NCBI RefSeq assembly: GCF_009914755.1
Contig: NC_060947.1
Source of the DNA: the human T2T-CHM13v2.0 reference genome, Homo sapiens
DNA: 64,000 nucleotides
Reading direction: 5' to 3' (one strand)
In this document: in pieces, positions 56,513 to 64,000 of the stretch
Numbering within the stretch: the stretch's first letter is position 1
How the letters are laid out: every line of letters starts with the position of its first letter
Position numbers and translations under genes: made by a program
The notes under the pieces: model-generated
Database searches by the model: none
What the model was told of the DNA's origin: nothing
Seen by the model: only the letters and a program-made list of their open reading frames with translations

Positions 56513-57244
56513 CTACACATAGGCAGTGTGAAATAGAAATTGTGGCTAATTCTATCTGTTATGAAATAAAAGGGAGTCTTGGAAATTAGCCAGCTCACCA
56601 GAATAATGTCCATTGTCAAACTAGAAAACTCAATACAGATGGACAGAGAGAAACACATACAAATAGTATGAGGTAAAACTTGAATTATGCAGTATAGAGC
56701 AATCCGTCTAAACAATAATCTCATGGATTAGTCCAGAAAGTCAAATGTATAGTTCCTAGATTCCTTTCCACCCCATCTGCTTTGACAGTGGTTATATTAT
56801 GACTTTCTTAATTTTTTTCTCTTCTCCATGTCTGTTGGCATCTTTAGTAATAAATTTAGATTATACTGGTCCGTGGAATAATTTGAAATGTGAAATATTG
56901 GTCTTGAGTTAGATACCAAATTTATCTGATACTATACCTTCTTCTTTTTGCTTTGTTTTAGGAAATTCTCAGTGAATGGTTTAGGTAATTATAATAGCTG
57001 GTCAAAAAAAGAAGATAATATTGAGTCATAAATGAGTGTTTGACTTGGCCTGGTCATCAACATGGATTAAGTGTAATGAATAATTACCTAGTTTTCTTCT
57101 TTATAACAATACTAGCATAGTGAGATTGTCCTACAAGTTTAACCCGTATCAACATTAATTCATTCATTCTCATTCATTCAATAAATGTTTATAATGAATT
57201 TATTATTTGTTAGGCAATATGATCAGTGATTGAACTTTCTAATA

Positions 57245-57490
57245 GGCAGCAGTGTAATGTAGTAAAATAGAATCAAGTGCCAAACGGTCTAAGTTCAAAA
57301 TCCAACTATTACCACTTAGCTATGTGTCCTTCGATAAGTTACTTGTCCATTCCGAGCCTTCATTTCTTCATCTGTAAAATAAGGATGATAATAAGATTAC
57401 CTTATGAGGTATGTAATGAGGTAATTGATCTAAAGTACTAAGTCCAGGAATTGTTGCATAATAAATGCTATTAAGCAATTGTTATCATAA
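57245..57490 (+). mobile_element. MIR
   Basis: ccgagccttcatttcttcatctgtaaaataaggatgataata. Confidence 0.8.
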
Positions 57491-57728
57491 GTATTATTCA
57501 CCCAGATATCACCAATCAACCATGTAAAGACTCAAAATACAGACCACAGATGTCAAAGATCACAATTCTAAGTAAAAGTTTGATAAAGGACAGAAATTGA
57601 AAAAAAATTACAGAGACGGACATGAGGCATCCCATAAAAGAGTGACCCTAGTAGATTCAGGTGGCTGATTAGTTCAACCTTTGGATTCAACTCTTGTAAC
57701 TATATGTGGCTTAAAAAAGACTACTTGA

Positions 57729-58036
<308 letters not shown>

Positions 58037-58389
58037 CTACCTGAAATAATGACAAACTAAAATTATGACATTTGATTGGCAATGCGCTAAATTACTACAT
58101 GGAATATTTTGTTTATTATAATAAATCAGGTTTTAGTGCTCACATAACAGTCAAGTTTGTCTTTTTGTATGTGTCGCCCCTTGTTTTCCTATCTATCCAT
58201 GTAATTCATATTTTCCTTTCTTTAATTCATTGTTCAAGATCTACTTCCTCTAGGGTTTTTTCTTGTCACCAGTTTTGTCCATTTTCTTAACTATAAGCTC
58301 AACTCCAAACCCTCCTTTTGCCTTAATGTATTACACAGTCTTTATATTGAATTATATAAAGATATGTTTTCTGGTTATAATGATATTAG

Positions 58390-58560
58390 TAGCTAATATT
58401 CATGGTGCACTTCCTTTGTATGTAGCGGGATCGCTAAACCATTTACAATTGTTTTACTTAATGTTTATAACATCTCAATGGGGTAGGTACTGTTATTTAT
58501 TGTCATTCTCATTTTATAGAAAAGGAAACAGAGGCTCAGGGGTGATGAGTGACTGCTCCT
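58390..58560 (-). mobile_element. MIR
   Basis: cattttatagaaaaggaaacagaggctcag. Confidence 0.7.
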
Positions 58561-59330
58561 TGCGTGTAGAGAACATGCTCAATAATTAATAATTTTATGT
58601 GCCTCAATATGGTGATCTGCCTTGTGGAGCGTTAAGAAACATTTAAAGAGTGACTGTGTTTCTGCTTTGCCTTTTGAAATATATTTTAAAATATTCTTAT
58701 CTACATCTTGTTTTTTATAATGAACCCAGTAAGCTTTAGTGTTGCCAAGATTAATTGTTTTAGCTTTTGGTTTGCTTGTGAGTTCTCAAACCACGTGTTA
58801 GGTGAAGGAGAGAGACATGAATAGAAAGAGCAACATATCCAACATATCATATTCTAATGACATCTAGGGTTCATCTATAAAACACCAAAATATCTGGCCC
58901 ATGTAAATAATTCAATCTTTAAAATGTTTTATCTATAAAGTAAGCAGATAAACTTTTCCCCCCCTCCTCAAAATAGGACACATGTTCCTACAGATATAAG
59001 CGTAATTATGGGGACAATGAGACAAACTATTTAAAATTAGAGTCCTCTTTTTAAACCCAGGGCACATGGTCACATATAACAACAACAACAACAGCAACAA
59101 CAAAATACAGTAAGTAAGACGGAACTGAGCAGATATTTTAGCACCATGTAGACATAGGCTTAATTTGTAAATATTGTATGCATGTTTGAGGAAAACACTG
59201 TGTAGTTGTGTTTTTAAATGATTCTGTTCTGTCTGTTCAAAGATGTTTAAAATATTCCAAACAACAAAAGGGCAGAGCCCCCGTGAGAAGCAGTAGAATT
59301 CTGAGAGGAAGCCACATTGGAAAAGTTTTG

Positions 59331-59387
59331 TTAAACAAGTTTTTGGTAAAAAGTTTTGTTGAAGTGATCCCTTATGATGCAAATGAC
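59331..59387 (-). other. Candidate exon start (possible alternative terminal exon; phase-0 frame VICIIRDHFNKTFYQKLV*)
   Basis: Strong acceptor gtgttttcttatctttatag|GTC at 59387. No transcript evidence available. Confidence 0.35.
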
Positions 59388-59835
59388 CTATAAAGATAAG
59401 AAAACACTCATTGAAGTTACTAGAAAACTCCTCAAGTAGGTAGTTTGAAGAGAAGACTTTATATGTTTTTGGAAAGAACACAGAATAACTGTGTCTTAAG
59501 TTCCAAGACATTAAGCTTGCCAAACTGACTTACCCTAGCATAAATTATCAAATACCCAACAAGTGATTGTTTTGACAGAAAAGTACATCTAAGGATTTAT
59601 ACTTTGTGACTCAAGTGGAAACAATAACCAAGATTTAGAATTGATTTACTAATAGGCAATCCCCAAATTAAGTAAAACTCCCTTTTTGGAGTTTCCCTAG
59701 ATTGATAAACATTCTTTTTCTCTTCATAAATTAGAAATAATTCCTCATCCCTTTGACCCATCAAGGCATATTATCTGTATCTCTGTTTTTAAACAGATTA
59801 GGGTCCAGTAGAGTTAATTATATTACATTCTTCTT

Positions 59836-60123
59836 ATTTTGAGACAAGGTCTCACTCTGTCACCCAGGCTGGAGTGCAATGGCACTATTTCAGTTTACTG
59901 CAGCTTCAACCTCCTGAGCTCAAATAATCCTCCCACATCAGCCTCCTGAATAGCTGGGAATACAGGCAAGCACCACCACACCCAGCTAATTTTTGTATTT
60001 TTATGTAGACAAATGGTTGCACCAAGTTGCCCAGGCTGGTCTGGAACTCCTGGCCTCAAGTGATCTGCCTGTCTTAACCTCTCAAAGTGCTGGGATTACA
60101 ACCATAAACCACTGTGTCCAGCC
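59836..60123 (-). mobile_element. AluJ
   Basis: gagacaaggtctcac, ctcctgagctcaa and ctcctggcctcaag are J-type. Confidence 0.92.
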
Positions 60124-60685
60124 TATTTTACAGTCTTGTTTTCTTTACAAGACAATGGGTGCTTTAAGGTCAGTAGTTATCTTTTCATCCCATTCTTGTC
60201 TAGTAGATGTTCAATCAATAATTGTTGAATTAATTGCAGGATGCTATAGCCACAAGGTAGCTTTATTTTAGCAAGGTACTTGACAGTTTCCTGTAATATC
60301 CTTGTGAATGACATGGAAAACATAAGCTATATGACAGTATTATAAGGTGATGTTGCACCTGGTTGGATATTCGTATACAATATGAGGCAATAAATGTATA
60401 TCAACCGGGAAGGCTTTCCCTGTCCTGTCCAATATTTATAGATAATTTAATTAAATATGTTAATGGCTTGTTAGTCGACACTATAAATGACACATCTAAG
60501 AGATAAAGTAGTATTGAAAAATTTAGATGGTTAGAGCAATACTTTCAGGATGAAAACTGGAAAAGAAAAAATGTAATTGTCTACTAGCAATTGATTATAA
60601 GCCCCGTGTACAAGTACAAACTAAATTTTATTGTTTTTTGTGTGAAATGGAATAATTTAAGATTATGTACTATATATATATTTAG

Positions 60686-60989
<304 letters not shown>

Positions 60990-61029
60990 TAAAATGAACC
61001 AACAGTAGGAGGGTAGGCAAATAAGCCAC

Positions 61030-61290
61030 TCAGGTGGTATAGTAGGCAGCATAAGGTAGCAGTCTACACTCCAGTTTTGAAAGTTAAGAAATCTTGGGTT
61101 CATGCCTGCCATTTATTAACTATGAGCCATTGAATAACTAACTCAGTGTATCTGGTTCTCGGTGTTGTCATTTATGACATGAAAATAATGAAAGTACCTA
61201 ACTCATGGGGTAACGGTGAAGATTAAATTCAATAATTCATGTAAAGTGCATAGCAGTTTCTGACTCATAGTAAACACTCAAAACACTGAT
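61030..61290 (+). mobile_element. MIR
   Basis: cttgggttcatgcctgccatttattaactatg...catagtaaacactcaa. Confidence 0.7.
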
Positions 61291-61302
61291 TGCCCGTGAT
61301 AG

Positions 61303-61369
<67 letters not shown>
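61303..61369 (+). repeat. A-run plus (AT)n microsatellite
   Basis: ~25 AT units. Confidence 0.98.
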
Positions 61370-61371
<2 letters not shown>

Positions 61372-62439
61372 GGACCAAAGTTGTCCTGCATTCTGTACTC
61401 CTCAAAATAAATCTGTAAATTGTCATCCATTTTGAAGAGGAATATTGACCCACTGGACACCATGCAGAAAAAAATCCATGGGATCTTGAAAGATCTGGAA
61501 ATGCTCTCATATAAGGAATTGGGAGACATTAGAAGGTAAGAAAGGCATGATTAAATTTGCTTAAGTGTAGAAATGCTGACACATGAAACAAATAAAATTG
61601 GTTCTGTATGGTCCTATGTGGAACAAAAGTAAAGAACTATAGATGCAAATCACAAAGAGGCAAATATTAGTATAATATTTTAAAACTTTCTAACAATATT
61701 ATCAGATAATAAAATAGCATTCCTTTAAAAAAAAAAAAAAGAAAAAACGAGCTCCCATTCTGAAGTGTCCAAGCAAAAACTAAATAATTCTCAACAAGGT
61801 TACTGAAAAATGGATTTCTATACTCAGCGCAAAGTCTTTTCCAAATCTAACATTCTCTGATTCTTATAGACCAGAGACTGTATTCATATGATACGAATAA
61901 ACTATTATTTTGACCTACCAATTTTTCAAATTGCCTATAAAAAAAGCAAGCAAGCAAACTAACAAATAAGAGGTCAAGAAAAGGAGTGGCTAAAGATAAG
62001 ACAGGGTAAACCTATACAATTTGCATAATGTAGTGGAAGGAATCATAGGTCTGGGAAACTACATACTAATAACTTTTCTGTCTTTAATTAGATGATTACT
62101 TTTATTGAGTCTCCATTTTCTTTCCATTGAATAAGCAGTTGGGCTAGATGGTCTCTAAAAGCTCTTTTATGTCTTATAGCATGCTACTATTTACTTCTTT
62201 GAGTGTCATTTACCTATGTATCATTGAGAGAAACCAAAACTATAAAAAATGATAAAAATTGGTCACTCTCCTTTCATACCAACACAGTCATACAATATTA
62301 CCTCCTGATTAATTATTTTGTCTGGGCTATATTCTTCATTAGTGCTGAAACCATTTGTTTCAAACCAACATTATGACAAAGAGTTTTTCACAGTGAGTGG
62401 TGATTCCAAATATTCACAGTCACACATATTTGCCAAAAC

Positions 62440-62540
62440 TTTGGTTTGCATTAATCATATGTCATGCACCATTGTGTGTGGGGGCGGGGCCAGGAGTAAC
62501 TTCTTCTCAGTCACAACACATCTCTGCCGGAGTTCAGAAA
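62440..62540 (+). promoter_or_regulatory. Possible promoter or enhancer: GC box and octamer-like motif
   Basis: GGGGCGGGGCC at ~62481-62491 in otherwise AT-rich, non-repeat DNA; tttgcattaatcat at ~62445. Confidence 0.3.
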
Positions 62541-63749
62541 GCAAATATGAAAAACATAAATGCTTCCAGTATTTGTAATATGAATCAACAAACAACATGA
62601 TGATAAACATAACAAATCATATTATTTTATACTTAAAAAAACATAAACTTGAAGACACAGCCCATTGGATATTCTATACATATTTGTTTTCTTTAATTCT
62701 CTCTCATGTTTGTTAAAACATATATTTAACTGCAATCAGTTCTGCCCCACTGTTCTTTTCTTCTTTCGGAAAAAAAATGACAACTTTTCTTGTCCCTCAC
62801 CCACATTTAGTGGCAAATTAATCAACTACAGGGAGTCAAGAGGGATTTTCATTTTCCATTTTAAAGGCCTTCAACCTATGGAATTAGCACTTTGAATTGT
62901 TGCCAAGGGGAAGCCAGTCTCCAGGAAATAAAAGAAGGCCTAAAGGTTGGAAAGAAAGCTTTAGTTTTTGCTAAATGGCCCAAGGTGACACAATATCTGA
63001 CCTTTTGATGACCCCATTGAGGACAGATGGGTTTTAAGTGAAGGCATCTTCTATGTACACACTCTTGCTACACTCATATTTCTAAATGAACACCGTGAAG
63101 AAATGCCATTATTGTTAATGTTCTTTTTTCAGATCTACATTTCAGATAATACCCATCCTTCCGCTTGATCGGTTCTACAAAGAGAAATTTGAAGCAGGAA
63201 GCTGGTGAGCTCATTTTCCAGTTCAGAAATTCTTAAAAGAAATTAGCCTCTAGTTAGGTAGATATTTTACTGTAAATTAATTTTAGATACTGTAAGAAAT
63301 GACCTCAGAAACTGCCCCATCTGTTTCTTTTGACAACAGTGTTGCTGCTTGAAGTTGTTCTTCAAATTTCACCGACTCAAAGAGGAGAATAGTATTTTTC
63401 CTCAAGGGCTCCCGAAAGAATCCTCACTTCAACAAATATTGTTATTAGCTCTCCAAGAGGCATAAAAATTCATCAGGGTTTCCTCCTTCCAGCTGGGTAA
63501 AACTTGGGAGGTGCATATATTAAAAAACTGCCAAGTCTCTCAAGCTATACATTTTTATTAAGTTCCAAGCACATTTGCAAACAACTTTCTGTATGATAAA
63601 ATTTCACTGTCAGACTTTTTAGAATCTGGAAAATCTTCAGGGGCATAAATATACTTTTTTTGCGAATATAGTAAAAAATGTAAATGTGAGAAAGCTGAGA
63701 GTGTGGGAAAATTATGCAATGGGAAGTTAGTAGCTTCATCGTTGAGTTC

Positions 63750-63990
63750 GTTGCTGCTTAGCTCTGTTGGCTAAATCATGGCATTAATGAGACCAAGGCG
63801 ACAAGACTTACCTCCACATGGACCAATTAGCATCACTTATTTTCAATAACACAAATTGCAGCCATCACCCTAGTGAGCCAAATGGCAAACGCCTAATTTT
63901 GTCACAAGGGAAACCAGGTAAGTGTGACTGGCTCATTGCAAACCCAGGCTCATGACAAGAAAACTTCCTTGGAAGGAGAAGCTCTCCTGA
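63750..63990 (+). mobile_element. MamSINE1-like ancient tRNA-derived SINE
   Basis: ttagctctgttggctaaatcatggcattaatgagaccaagg resembles a decayed tRNA-Ile head; followed by gtcacaaggg...gcaaaccca body. Confidence 0.55.
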
Positions 63991-64000
63991 TAATATCTCT

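Noticed and set aside
58933-59523. 196-aa minus-strand ORF as a standalone gene
   Set aside because: Non-ATG start; the poly-Leu comes from a (CAA)n repeat and the end overlaps a MER94-like MITE; no recognisable domain.
61265-61529. ORFs with YIYIYI repeats
   Set aside because: Translation of the (AT)n microsatellite within an L3 relic.
63750-63830. tRNA gene
   Set aside because: Too degenerate (no intact B box or stems); better explained as the head of a tRNA-derived SINE.

Overview
Human genomic DNA: a human-specific AluYb8 lies at 33511. The first ~40 kb is a dense nest of retroelements (L1PA/L1PB/L1M LINE-1s, Alus, an ERV1 solo LTR, a two-LTR THE1D-type MaLR). The last ~24 kb is AT-rich, carries only short or ancient repeats, and includes a ~6 kb repeat-free stretch that looks like the 3' end (terminal exon(s) plus 3'UTR) of an unidentified minus-strand gene. 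I can name no intact protein-coding gene; most long ORFs in the track are decayed L1/Alu/LTR frames. Most notable structures: (1) two head-to-head L1PA elements ~310 bp apart sharing many private variants, including the same ORF2 stop codon, suggesting arm-to-arm gene conversion; (2) a 247-bp non-TE direct duplication 6.1 kb apart; (3) a probable 5' transduction on an old L1; (4) an internally shuffled L1 fragment. Repeat subfamily calls and consensus comparisons are from memory and need RepeatMasker/Dfam confirmation. I see no evidence of a new multi-gene system.
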